A stretch of 64,000 nucleotides of DNA from Wickerhamiella versatilis (taxonomy: Eukaryota). The position numbers were made by a program, and so were the translations under genes. The notes beneath the pieces are model-generated. The model ran no database searches, was not told where the DNA came from, and saw nothing but the letters and a program-made list of their open reading frames with translations. The stretch is taken from contig JAQOWU010000008.1 of the NCBI GenBank assembly GCA_030867685.1, positions 1,488,001 through 1,552,000 of the forward strand. Reading direction: 5' to 3'. Positions 10,936-21,038 of this stretch are shown in pieces; positions within the stretch are counted from its first letter, which is position 1; each line of letters opens with the position of its first letter.

Positions 10936-11196
10936 ATGTACTTCACTCCTTTCTTTGCTATCCTGTCCTATACTCTTGCCCGTGATCCTGCAGCCGATGC
11001 TGCTGAGGACTGTCAACAAGTTGATGATGCCGTTATGGGATACGGTGAGAGAGCCTATACCGCCATCGAACATGCCCTGGGATTCGGTCGTCCTCAATAT
11101 GCCCAGCCTGTCGAATCGACTATCCTTCAGAGCATTGCAGTAGCGACTGTAACTAATACAGTCCAGGAGCAAGCCCAACAAACGGCGACTAATTGA
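10936..11196 (+). CDS. Small putative secreted protein (86 aa), unknown function
   Basis: TATAAA at 10893, ACT-ATG context, signal-peptide-like MYFTPFFAILSYTLA, Thr/Gln-rich tail; GC-richer than its AT-rich flanks. Confidence 0.5.
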   Translation: MYFTPFFAILSYTLARDPAADAAEDCQQVDDAVMGYGERAYTAIEHALGFGRPQYAQPVESTILQSIAVATVTNTVQEQAQQTATN

Positions 11197-11394
11197 TCTC
11201 GCTGAAGCACGAAGTATAGACTTCAATGTAGCATTCGCACTAACTACTGACCTACATTAGAATACTCATAGATATAGACATTCTAATATCCAGCGAGATA
11301 ATAATCAATATTCTGTGAATTAAATTATTCATTGAGTGCAGTAAATTCGGCAAAAAAGAGTAAACAACTGTATTGATTACAAACAGATTTATGC

Positions 11395-12492
11395 ATGGTC
11401 GAAGTCAGACTTCAAGGACTGCCTAATGAGGACTTGGTCGTCGGATTTCCAGGGGTTGCGGCAACTTGGCCTCGGATTGTGGGTGTGATTAAGTTACAAG
11501 AGAATAATTCTAAGCCACTGGCTGTGCAAAAAGTTTCAGTTGGGCTCTACAGAACAGATACAGTTATTCCTCCCACAACTAGATCTGCTATCACAGGAAC
11601 GCGTAAGGAGCAGAGTTTTCTTGTCACCCGTCAAAAGGACGTTTGGCGGGGCGATGCTGATGATATCTATGCCCTAGATGTTCCATTCACCCTAAGCCTA
11701 CCATCAAATCGTCCTATGCCACCAAGCATCTCTGTGGGAAAACAAATAGAGACTACTTATCACTTATTTGTAGCTGTCTCATCTCCTCGTGGAACTACCC
11801 ATTCTCGTTTTGCGATACGTATCAAAAAGTTTGATACATTATCAACGTTTGGAACCTTCCACCGGCCGATCTTGCAGAATGTGGTATCGCCAGATCATTT
11901 AACATCATTAGAGTACTCAATCCCTGTTTCTGCATACGGCCCTCGCGATACCTTAACCGTACAAATGCGTGCTATCCCTAACTTGGACTGGCCTAAAGCA
12001 AAGAGAGTCCGCGTGCGCAGAATCTCACTCGAGCTCGTGATGATTTTCAATTTTACCATTCCTGTGGAAGATTCTGAGGATTTTGAACAGGAAAAACGGG
12101 TTCGTGTGTCAAAGGTAGCACGCGATTTGAACGCAGAAGATGCAGCAATATCCAAACCTGAGGAGCTCCGTCTTCAAATACCAGGTCCACATTTGGGAAA
12201 TATTGCACAGAAGGATAGGCCTGAAATTCCCAATGAAGGTCTAATAGGGTTCACAACCTCTGCCGCACTTTACCGAATTGGTTTTCTTTTGATATTAAAG
12301 GCACGATTCGCCCACGCTAAAGACATCGAGACTGAGCAACCGGTCACGATATCGCAATTTGATCACGCATCTTGTAGCGTTTATATGCAGAACGCTGTGG
12401 ATGCAGCGCGCTTAGCCAAGATCGCCGACCGAGGAACACGGCCTGCCAGAGTCTTATCGCATCCCTTCTCGGGTAAGATTGAAGTTCGGTAG
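11395..12492 (+). CDS. Arrestin-fold protein, Spo23-like
   Basis: N-terminal VGFPGVAATWPRI motif; IETTYHL and IRIKKFDTLSTFGTF resemble fungal Spo23-type arrestins. Confidence 0.65.
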   Translation: MVEVRLQGLPNEDLVVGFPGVAATWPRIVGVIKLQENNSKPLAVQKVSVGLYRTDTVIPPTTRSAITGTRKEQSFLVTRQKDVWRGDADDIYALDVPFTLSLPSNRPMPPSISVGKQIETTYHLFVAVSSPRGTTHSRFAIRIKKFDTLSTFGTFHRPILQNVVSPDHLTSLEYSIPVSAYGPRDTLTVQMRAIPNLDWPKAKRVRVRRISLELVMIFNFTIPVEDSEDFEQEKRVRVSKVARDLNAEDAAISKPEELRLQIPGPHLGNIAQKDRPEIPNEGLIGFTTSAALYRIGFLLILKARFAHAKDIETEQPVTISQFDHASCSVYMQNAVDAARLAKIADRGTRPARVLSHPFSGKIEVR

Positions 12493-12743
12493 TAGATGAA
12501 GACAGAGCCTTGCAATGCTAATTCAATTAAGTGTACACGCTGAAGCGCTGGCCGCCCAACACATCTCTTCAAATGAGAATTTTATTATATACTTAACGTT
12601 TCAATAGATCCCACTCACGATATCTATAATATATATATCCACTAATTACCGGTTGTCTGACCACCATTCTAACAAGAGGTTCATTGCAACTTTACAAGGT
12701 AATGGCAGTAACGTATTCTAAAATAAAGCTTATTTCCCTTGAT

Positions 12744-13415
12744 CTATGTCAGTGTCTTTTCGATAAATTTCAAGACGTCCTGGAGTCCATTGAGGTCGAT
12801 GGAATGAGGAACGCCCGGGTACTCATGCCATTCGACATTGCGAAATCCATAGTGAGATTTCAGCTGATCCCTGACAACTTTACCTGTTTCAATGGGTACA
12901 ATATCATCAACGGTTCCATGTAGCATGCATAAGGGTGTATCCTTATTGACATTTGCAGGATTCGGCTTCAAAATTGATTTATCAGGCAAAAAGCCGCTGA
13001 GACACAAAAAACCACCAAGTTTGCGCCTTGACATGATAGCAAAGCTTTCAGTGATCGCTGCGCCCTGGCTAAATCCTCCTAGTATTATACGCTCACTCGG
13101 TATACCGCGATCCATCACTTGATCAATCAACTTGTCTACCAAAGCAATACTGCGACTAACGCCTGTAGCATCCTTGCTAGTTGGTGGACCTAGGGATGAA
13201 AGATCAAACCATGCTGGGGAACTTTGGCCGAACATGGAAATCGGAATGCTTTGAGCACTAGGCAGTAAGAAATCGATATGCTGAAGACTTGGGTGCTTGT
13301 GCACCTCGTGCGGTAAAAAGCTCCAGCCATCTCCCGAGTCACCAAGACCATGGAGAAAAATAACCGATGCCGTGGCTGCCCGAGGTGATGAGATTCTCGC
13401 TATACTTAATGCCAT
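12744..13415 (-). CDS. Acyl-protein thioesterase 1 / lysophospholipase
   Basis: IFLHGLGDSG, GGFSQGAA nucleophile, HGTVDDIVP Asp, YPGVPHS His. Confidence 0.93.
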   Translation of the reverse strand: MALSIARISSPRAATASVIFLHGLGDSGDGWSFLPHEVHKHPSLQHIDFLLPSAQSIPISMFGQSSPAWFDLSSLGPPTSKDATGVSRSIALVDKLIDQVMDRGIPSERIILGGFSQGAAITESFAIMSRRKLGGFLCLSGFLPDKSILKPNPANVNKDTPLCMLHGTVDDIVPIETGKVVRDQLKSHYGFRNVEWHEYPGVPHSIDLNGLQDVLKFIEKTLT

Positions 13416-13708
13416 CCTTGGTGCTTGTTGCCCGAATTACTCAGACTAGCTATCAAGAATATATCCATTCATCTCTATACCATTTGCCGTAATAATGCCG
13501 GTCAGGCGGTCGGCAAACTAGAAAAATAAAAAAATATAAGGGTATCACCGACATAATAATCTTTTAAGGTTACTGGAGCCCAATGATTGAATAGCTTTAT
13601 CGCATAAAAAATCTCTGGTCTCTCAGTGTGATCTAATTCTTCTCAAGATATGCAACATGGAGTAGAGCAAAATAAATACATGAAAATGCCGATGATGAAA
13701 CGCATAGC

Positions 13709-14035
13709 TTATCGCTTGCGACCAAGACACCGTGCAACGTGAGCAGCGAATCTACCACTCACAACTTCTCTTTGGCATATCGAGCACGTGAAATATTTCA
13801 CGGCTTGATTCTTATCTTGGCCGTACATATCACAGCCTGGAATACTATAAACTAAGCTCCTTTCCACGAGTCGGCCATTTGCTGGACGGACATCGTGGGC
13901 TTTTTCCCAGAATTGGCGGTTCTTCTTTTCGCTGTAAACCGACGGTAAAATAGCATCTTCAAATGCTGCATGAAGTAAAACGTCCAATACTCGTGTTGCG
14001 GTATTGTCAATATTGCCCTCACCCTCTCGTGCCAT
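13709..14035 (-). CDS. SGF11: SAGA deubiquitination module subunit Sgf11 (start taken as ATG 14035)
   Basis: DMYGQ...YFTCSICQREVVSGRFAAHVARCLGR zinc finger; upstream Mets in the ORF track overlap SEN54. Confidence 0.85.
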   Translation of the reverse strand: MAREGEGNIDNTATRVLDVLLHAAFEDAILPSVYSEKKNRQFWEKAHDVRPANGRLVERSLVYSIPGCDMYGQDKNQAVKYFTCSICQREVVSGRFAAHVARCLGRKR

Positions 14036-14070
14036 GAACTGTCCTCGTCCTGCTGACAGAGGGAAGTGAA

Positions 14071-14976
14071 ATGAGTGATAGTGATGAAGAAGCATCGACA
14101 CATGACTGGCTTAATTTAAGCTCTGAATCTGTGGATACTGCTGTCATGAGACGAGGAGAAAAAGATTATGAGCCTGACGGCACGAATACGCAACAAATCG
14201 CAATACAACGCAGCCGTGATGCGATGTATACCGCCTTAATTCATCCTAGAATTCAAGGAGTGAAACATTTAGTTGAGGGTGAATGGGATTCTCAAAAGAA
14301 AATGGCAAGAGTTAATATTGTGCGCGGGACACACTTCAGGACAATGGGCTTCACGAATCGAGAAGGTACCTGGTTGAGGCCTGAGGAGGTTACTTATCTG
14401 GTGCAGCGAGGATCTATGTTATGCTATTTACATGGTAAGCCCCTAAGTGTGCAAGCTACCTGCTCCTTGGCCTTGAGCGTGGTTGGTCTCGATAAAATGT
14501 CAGTTTATGCACATTTGAAAAAGTTAGGGTATGTTGTTCGTAGGCAGCACGATCTCTTGGCCCATTATGATGATTCTTACACTAGCAAAAGCTGGTTGTG
14601 GCTGCCTTGGAAGTCTTGCCTTCTGTGGCGGTGGGCTTATTTCAATTACAGTAATGTCTATCGTGATCTCAGGGTAATATCGGATCTTCAGGAGCGTCCA
14701 GAACCAGAGGCCGTAGATTTTTGTGTTTGGAAGCCCTCTGCCACATTCAAAAAATCTCAACCGGGCCCTCCTGATTATTTCGTTAAGGTACTTAGTGCCA
14801 GAAAAAACATTCCTGATCTTCAAATGCAGCTCAGCTGGCTATCAGGGGTGCCAATCTGCGAGAATAAGAATTTGCGTGAAGGAAAACGGGCACCACTTGT
14901 GCTAGCTATTGTTGATTCAGCTGTTGTCAGCTTCGTGCGCATAGGGGAACCGGTTTTTGAAAGTAATTTCTATTAG
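14071..14976 (+). CDS. SEN54: tRNA-splicing endonuclease subunit Sen54
   Basis: RRGEKDYEPDGT, RGTHFRTMG, LRPEEVTYLVQRGS, VWKPSATFKKSQP, LAIVDSAVVSF. Confidence 0.93.
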   Translation: MSDSDEEASTHDWLNLSSESVDTAVMRRGEKDYEPDGTNTQQIAIQRSRDAMYTALIHPRIQGVKHLVEGEWDSQKKMARVNIVRGTHFRTMGFTNREGTWLRPEEVTYLVQRGSMLCYLHGKPLSVQATCSLALSVVGLDKMSVYAHLKKLGYVVRRQHDLLAHYDDSYTSKSWLWLPWKSCLLWRWAYFNYSNVYRDLRVISDLQERPEPEAVDFCVWKPSATFKKSQPGPPDYFVKVLSARKNIPDLQMQLSWLSGVPICENKNLREGKRAPLVLAIVDSAVVSFVRIGEPVFESNFY

Positions 14977-15014
14977 ATATACGATACATAATGACTCTCG
15001 TAAACGAATAATTC

Positions 15015-17066
15015 TTATCGATAGAATGAGGAATTATAAGCAGAGGGGACTGTGTACCCGGACTGGTCGCCTTTAGGTGGTAAAGGTGGCTTTGGAGGAA
15101 CTGGAGGGACTTTAGACTGCGATGGACGCGCTGCTTGTACTTCTAATTGCTTGTAAAGTGATTTCTGGCTCTCCAGCTCTTCTTTGAAGTTTACCGAATC
15201 CTGATATGTCTTATGCAACTTTTCGATTAGAGCCGTACGTTTTTGAAGACGTAAATCACGAGTTTTCGTGCGCTTTTTTCCTTCTTGGGAAACCAAGAGT
15301 CGTTTCCATCGTGACGAAATTTCGTTCAACAGATTAGTTTGAAGCCTGATTGTGGCCTCGATTCTTCGTATCAAGGGCTGGAACTTTTGAATTTCTTCTT
15401 TAAAGAGCTTTTCAGCTTCGTTTCGGCGACTTACGAGTTTTGAGCCAATATCGTCATCCCTTACCTGTGTCTTCAAATCTGCAAACGCCGAATTACGTTC
15501 TTTCTCAACTTTTCGAAGCTTTGCTGTGGCTGAGGTTACAGAATCCAATTCGCTGTCAAAATCTTGATTATCTTCGTTAATATCCAACAAGTCAACCTGT
15601 GGTGACCCATCTACTTCTTGGCTGTTGCTATTTGCATTCTGAAATGCAGCCTGTAAAGCACTCGGATCAAGTAAAACCTTTACACGAGGCTCAAGTTGCT
15701 GCCATTGTGACATCAAGTATTTGTCGGTCGATGCTGCGGTTACCAAGGTCTGCTTGACTTGCTGAACAGCAAAGGGATCGCCTCCAGCACACATGCCAAG
15801 TATTCGCTTTCGCTGTGAACTGAAATCTATAAATGATAGTCCACTTACAGCGGTGGCCCATTCTAATACAGCATCTGGAACATCTTTTTCCTCGCTATCA
15901 TAAGCCCTTCGCAGCACAGAGGCCGCTTGCGGAAGATCCATGTATTCAAGAGCCGAGCTTAACTCTTGATTGGCGATATCACATTTTTCTTGCTGTTCCC
16001 TCACCAAACGTGCCTTCTGTTCTGAGTAAAGACTGGCCTTTTCATGAACATCAAGAGGAATGACACGCGAAAAGAGTTCCGGGCCAACTATCTGCGCAGC
16101 TTCTTTAGCCGGGATCAGATTATCCATGGGTGTAGCTTTGGCGACCACTGTGCTAGGAACTTCCTCGGTTTTGCTAGGAACCGTTTCATGGTATATAAGA
16201 TCGTTTTCCCGTTCCAAGTTTTTGAAACGAACAGAGAGATCCTCGTACTTGGGTTTATCAATTTTCTTCGTGAGGTCACGGGCAGCAGCCAGATGATTCA
16301 GAGCCTTTCCAACTTCACCGGTGGATTCATGATGTAAGGATTGAGACTCATGCTCAAACGCTTCCCATTCACTGACCATACCTTCGATTTCAGAAATCCA
16401 TTTATCATCACCCCAGTCATTTTCATCTTGTAGCTCGTTGAGAGCTTCTAACGAGGTGTTGAGAAGCTGTAATGTACCCTTAGACAGCTTTGCCAATAGC
16501 CCTGGCTTAGCCCCAGTCTCTTTAGCCCTCTCAGTGAAACTGGCCTGGGCTAATGCCAACATCAAATTCGACAGGGCGGTTGCCGTAACAGGCGCAAGGT
16601 CATGGCTTGGTGCATACAGGAACTGCGTTGATATTTGCTTCCATATTCCAGCCGCCGATTGATAGGCGGAATAAGCTGCCTTCCAATCCTGAGTGGAGAC
16701 AGCATCATTACCGATTTGACTGAAAACAGCTGCAAGGTTGAACAAAATTGATGCCTTTTCAAATACCACAGATTTCTGGGTTATTTCTTCGCCGTCATAT
16801 AAATTATACCATGTGAAGCTAATTGATCCGTCAAGTTGCCGAAAGCTCAAACGCATTCCTAGAAGCTCAAGTTGCGCATAGTAGCGATATAATAAGTCAC
16901 GGCCTGTCAAATTAGCCGAAGCACCTACTGCAGATTCACGTAACTCAGAAAATATTTCAATTTCTTTAGCAAACGGCTCCGGGCTACCATAAAGCTCAGT
17001 TATGGAATTCCGTAGAAAAGCAGTCCAGCTAGTGGGACGTGTCTCTCTCAGAGGAATTACTATCAT
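15015..17066 (-). CDS. BRO1: Bro1/ALIX-family ESCRT-III adaptor
   Basis: GRDLLYRYYAQLELL, FEKASILFN, ENDLIYH, SLYSEQKA, Pro-rich tail; convergent with SEN54 as in S. cerevisiae. Confidence 0.9.
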   Translation of the reverse strand: MIVIPLRETRPTSWTAFLRNSITELYGSPEPFAKEIEIFSELRESAVGASANLTGRDLLYRYYAQLELLGMRLSFRQLDGSISFTWYNLYDGEEITQKSVVFEKASILFNLAAVFSQIGNDAVSTQDWKAAYSAYQSAAGIWKQISTQFLYAPSHDLAPVTATALSNLMLALAQASFTERAKETGAKPGLLAKLSKGTLQLLNTSLEALNELQDENDWGDDKWISEIEGMVSEWEAFEHESQSLHHESTGEVGKALNHLAAARDLTKKIDKPKYEDLSVRFKNLERENDLIYHETVPSKTEEVPSTVVAKATPMDNLIPAKEAAQIVGPELFSRVIPLDVHEKASLYSEQKARLVREQQEKCDIANQELSSALEYMDLPQAASVLRRAYDSEEKDVPDAVLEWATAVSGLSFIDFSSQRKRILGMCAGGDPFAVQQVKQTLVTAASTDKYLMSQWQQLEPRVKVLLDPSALQAAFQNANSNSQEVDGSPQVDLLDINEDNQDFDSELDSVTSATAKLRKVEKERNSAFADLKTQVRDDDIGSKLVSRRNEAEKLFKEEIQKFQPLIRRIEATIRLQTNLLNEISSRWKRLLVSQEGKKRTKTRDLRLQKRTALIEKLHKTYQDSVNFKEELESQKSLYKQLEVQAARPSQSKVPPVPPKPPLPPKGDQSGYTVPSAYNSSFYR

Positions 17067-17243
17067 TTTGAATATGTGCGTATGCGACGGTGAGAGACTA
17101 TACAGTGTAGGAATACGTAAAGCTCTCTAGTAATTCCTTCGAAGTCTTGATGAAATGATCAGGACACACCTGTTGCTTCTTCACGTGATTACTTGGGTGT
17201 GAGGTAAGGGTAAACTATACGAAGTCAATCTCACTCTCAGCAA

Positions 17244-18266
17244 ATGGAGGCTCTTGTTGGCCACTGCGAACATTTGGAAAACATTGTGGATGAATTTGAC
17301 GCAATTGATGAGGTACTGGATCGATTGAGTCAGGGCAAGTGTGATTTAGATGAAGGCCTTGCAGAAACAAAACGTCACGAAACACTGATACATCAAGCGT
17401 TGAGCCGTACCACTAAGGCTGCTGAGAAAGTGCTAAAGGAGCCAGAGACTGCCAATATAAATGCTGAAGAGGCAGATAGTATATTAGAGCGCACCATAGT
17501 GAGTCACTTTGTACGGTCAGGGCATCAGAAAGCTGCCATTGAGCTGGCTGCCGGAGAATTGACCCTGGAAATTGGTGGCCTTCGACGTCTTGAATCTTTG
17601 ATTTCTAGTTTGAATAATGATGGGGAAGATGCTCTTAATTGGGCCGATGAGCACCGTGATTTTCTCCGTGATCGAGGAAGTGCATTGCCATTTGAACTTC
17701 TTGAGTTTGTGGTGACGTCGTTAACGCATCCCCTGGATTCACTTTCATTATTGAGACAGCGTGTTGGTCGATACCCTGATATATATAACCCCCAGGATGT
17801 GGGAAGATTGATCACGATGTGTATTGCAGGAAGTGATTCTAAGTTGTTCCCCATAAATGAGCAGAGTAAAAGACTCCGAGTGAGACATTTATTCGAAACA
17901 GAATATTGTGCATATTTGGGCTTAGCACCAGAATCACCACTATTACTAGCTGCCCATGCTGGCATGCTCGCACTTCCCGTGGTTGAGAAATGGAGAAGAA
18001 TTTCAAAGGGCATGCAATGGACTTCCAAGAATGAACTACCTGTTGAGATTGAGCTTCCTCCTGCTCTTAATTTTCATCCAATCTTTGTCTGCCCTGTGAC
18101 GAAGGAACAGGCTACAGAGGATAATCCAGCTATGCTTCTCCCGTGTAAACATCTCATATCTCGTGAAGCCTTGAACCATCTCGGCCGTCGCGAACGCATG
18201 TACCGATGTCCGTATTGTTCGCATGCATTTCCCCGCGAATCCACGCGATCTGTAACATTCATCTAG
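17244..18266 (+). CDS. RMD5: GID/CTLH complex RING subunit Rmd5/Gid2
   Basis: LisH/CTLH-like region, ELPVEIELP...FHPIFVCPVTKEQ...LPCKHLI...CPYC. Confidence 0.9.
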   Translation: MEALVGHCEHLENIVDEFDAIDEVLDRLSQGKCDLDEGLAETKRHETLIHQALSRTTKAAEKVLKEPETANINAEEADSILERTIVSHFVRSGHQKAAIELAAGELTLEIGGLRRLESLISSLNNDGEDALNWADEHRDFLRDRGSALPFELLEFVVTSLTHPLDSLSLLRQRVGRYPDIYNPQDVGRLITMCIAGSDSKLFPINEQSKRLRVRHLFETEYCAYLGLAPESPLLLAAHAGMLALPVVEKWRRISKGMQWTSKNELPVEIELPPALNFHPIFVCPVTKEQATEDNPAMLLPCKHLISREALNHLGRRERMYRCPYCSHAFPRESTRSVTFI

Positions 18267-18326
18267 TTTATAGTATTTAAATATGATCTTGCATTAAGTC
18301 GAATAATTGTATACAGTTTGGAGGAG

Positions 18327-18611
18327 TCACATAGCCAGCCAATCTGCAGCTACTAGCAGCTCCAATGCCATCACGGGAGGCACCTCGAATTGTGAACTTT
18401 CGCTGTCATATTTCAGGTGGTAGTACATATAATCAACAACCTTAGAGAGAACATTAGCTGTGAAATCCAGCTTTATTCTTCCTGTCTCAGATTCCTGAAA
18501 GGACTCATTTTCTAGCATTGTTTTCAAAGTCCCTGACACGCACGCAGCTTCACGAGCAACTATGAAAACATAATCATCTGCGGATTCAATCCTTATGAAC
18601 CCAGTTGCCAT
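18327..18611 (-). CDS. ELC1: Elongin C
   Basis: AACVSGTLKTML...FQES...LSKVVDYMYY...ALELLVAADWL. Confidence 0.93.
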   Translation of the reverse strand: MATGFIRIESADDYVFIVAREAACVSGTLKTMLENESFQESETGRIKLDFTANVLSKVVDYMYYHLKYDSESSQFEVPPVMALELLVAADWLAM

Positions 18612-18627
18612 AATGCTGGTTTAGGTA

Positions 18628-20961
18628 ATGGTCGTGGCCACCTTGGAATGGGAGCGCGTAGGTGGCCGTTTCTTCCGGTTGTGCGATGGTTTTGTGCTAA
18701 ATTGGGACGTCAAGGGAAGTGAGAGCGAAATCCGTATGGCTCCAGGTGGTGGTGTAATGGCAGTTTGGGATCGCGCGGATGTGGTCAGACGTAATGTGAC
18801 CACCTCCAGGCCGGAAGTCCGACTTTATGATGGAGCAGGTGAAATAATAGGGTTAATTCCTGTCGATAGTCAAGTAATTGATGTTCAGATTGATGCGGAG
18901 GAACGCTTATCTGTGATGACTCGTAGTGGACTCGTAAAGCGTTACGTCGACTTTTCTGGGGAATTCAGTCAGTTGAGTATAGGCTCTGCTATATCTGGAT
19001 TGCGTGCACACGATGAGGGATTCATTATAAAGACTAATGAGGGGTTTGCGTTTGTTGATAATGACTTAAGGTCGAGAATAGAAAGTTTTGATGGGATCTC
19101 AAGCTGTACAGGATGGGATGTGATCCCCACAGTAAAAGATGCGGGTCAAAGTCTTTCTATTGTTGCTTGTAATTCTCAAGGTGTGTGGTTAATATCGGAA
19201 ACCCGACAGAAACTTGTTCTTTCCACTCCTCATCTTCAACCCAAAGTGAGCCCTGATGGTTTAGCAGTCTTGTTGTATGGACCGGATAAGTACTTAAGTG
19301 TACATCCCAGTGATTTTCATGATTCTAAGTTTTATAATAATCTGGAAGGTACTCCATTTTGGGTTGGTAATGACGCGATTCTGATTAACGGTACTGATAA
19401 TGTCGAACTGCTCGACATTACCTCGGGCAATCATGGTCCTATAGATATTGATGGTGATGAAATCCTTGCAATGTTCAGTGAAGACGATGGCTTACGGATT
19501 CTGGGCTCTACACATGATTTTTTCCAAAGTGTACCTCCCGAAACTGTTGATGCCTTGAAGGTAGGATCTGCAGCACCTGCGGAAGTACTTGTGTCGGCTG
19601 TTGATTTACTAGATGAAAAATCACCTCGAGCTGACCAGAATTTGAAGCTATTGGGGTCTAATCTTAGCAATGCCGTTGATGATTGCATCACGAGTGCGTT
19701 GGCCGAATTAGACACAAAATACCAGAAAAAACTGTTACAGGCAGCAGCTTTTGGTAAATCTGCTTTACCATTATACAATAGTAGTCGGTTTACTGATGCT
19801 TGTGACTCCTTACGAACGATAAATACACTTCGAGACTTTCACATACTGGTCACAATGGCCGAAATTGATAAACTCGGGATGCAGCGAATTGTTGATCGTT
19901 TATCAAGAAGACATAAATGGGGAATGGCGATCGCTGTTGCCAATCTATTTCACTTGCGTTCAGACTTGGTGTGGCTTGAGTGGGCTGGTAGTAAAGTTAG
20001 TAGCGATATTTCTGATGAGGCCCTCGAGTCTCTTTTGGAGACAAAACTTGAGCAAGTCAGAGGGTTTTTATGGGGCGAACTGGCCCTTAAGGCCATCGAA
20101 GAAGGAAGATCACACCTTGCTCAAAAACTTCTTAGTCGTGAACCTATTCCAGAAAAGCGAGTCCGTATTATGCTGGATATGAATGATTATTCTGGTGCAC
20201 TTAACCAAGCTGTGACGAGTGGAAATCCCAATTTGGCTTACCATGTGCTTTCTCTGCTACGAAAGCATTTGACAATACCCCAGCTCTTAAGGGCTATTGG
20301 GGATAATTCAAACTCTGAAAGACTTTTTATGAAGCTTTTATCAAATGAACCTAAGGCGCTTTTAGATTTTTTGTATCAAATGGATATGAGAAGAGAGGCT
20401 CTTGCTGTAGAATTCTCTGCCGCTGTAAGCGATCCACAGGTCACCACACTGAAGTCTTTGGAACTTCGATATCGTCAGCTGAAATCACTCAATTTTGAAA
20501 GCAAAATGGCCAACAGGTATGCTGCGTTGCTTGAATGTCAAGAAGGGTTGGAACGTGATTATGAGGGAACTTCATTCATGGGCACTTCAGCAGCTGAAAC
20601 GGTTTCAAAGCTACTGAAAATGTCTCAAACAAGTCGTGCGAGTAAAGTGCGATCACTTCTTGGTATTTCAGAGCCTCATTGGTGGTATATACGTTTACGA
20701 GCTCTTACTGACCGTCGCGATTGGGATGGAATACGTGCACTATCCAAGGAAGCAAGAAAACCGCCAATTGGATATTTGCCATTCTTTGATGCTTGCGCGG
20801 ATGCTGGTAATTTGGAGGAAGCTGCTCAATATATAGAGAGTTGTTCAGAAGCAACTGCAGAACAAAAAGTTAGCATGTATATCCGCTGTGGATATAAACA
20901 GCGAGCTAATGAGCTAGCCACGCAGGTACCGTCCTTAATGGATAGCTTGAGATTCCGTTAA
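18628..20961 (+). CDS. VPS16: HOPS/CORVET subunit Vps16
   Basis: LEWERVGGRFFR N-terminus, AVDDCI...QKKLLQAAAFGK, KPPIGYLPF. Confidence 0.92.
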   Translation: MVVATLEWERVGGRFFRLCDGFVLNWDVKGSESEIRMAPGGGVMAVWDRADVVRRNVTTSRPEVRLYDGAGEIIGLIPVDSQVIDVQIDAEERLSVMTRSGLVKRYVDFSGEFSQLSIGSAISGLRAHDEGFIIKTNEGFAFVDNDLRSRIESFDGISSCTGWDVIPTVKDAGQSLSIVACNSQGVWLISETRQKLVLSTPHLQPKVSPDGLAVLLYGPDKYLSVHPSDFHDSKFYNNLEGTPFWVGNDAILINGTDNVELLDITSGNHGPIDIDGDEILAMFSEDDGLRILGSTHDFFQSVPPETVDALKVGSAAPAEVLVSAVDLLDEKSPRADQNLKLLGSNLSNAVDDCITSALAELDTKYQKKLLQAAAFGKSALPLYNSSRFTDACDSLRTINTLRDFHILVTMAEIDKLGMQRIVDRLSRRHKWGMAIAVANLFHLRSDLVWLEWAGSKVSSDISDEALESLLETKLEQVRGFLWGELALKAIEEGRSHLAQKLLSREPIPEKRVRIMLDMNDYSGALNQAVTSGNPNLAYHVLSLLRKHLTIPQLLRAIGDNSNSERLFMKLLSNEPKALLDFLYQMDMRREALAVEFSAAVSDPQVTTLKSLELRYRQLKSLNFESKMANRYAALLECQEGLERDYEGTSFMGTSAAETVSKLLKMSQTSRASKVRSLLGISEPHWWYIRLRALTDRRDWDGIRALSKEARKPPIGYLPFFDACADAGNLEEAAQYIESCSEATAEQKVSMYIRCGYKQRANELATQVPSLMDSLRFR

Positions 20962-21038
20962 TTTATATTTATACATATGTAATCCAAAATACTACTGGAA
21001 ATTGATTATATAATTTTTCTATCCAAAAAATATTGGGC

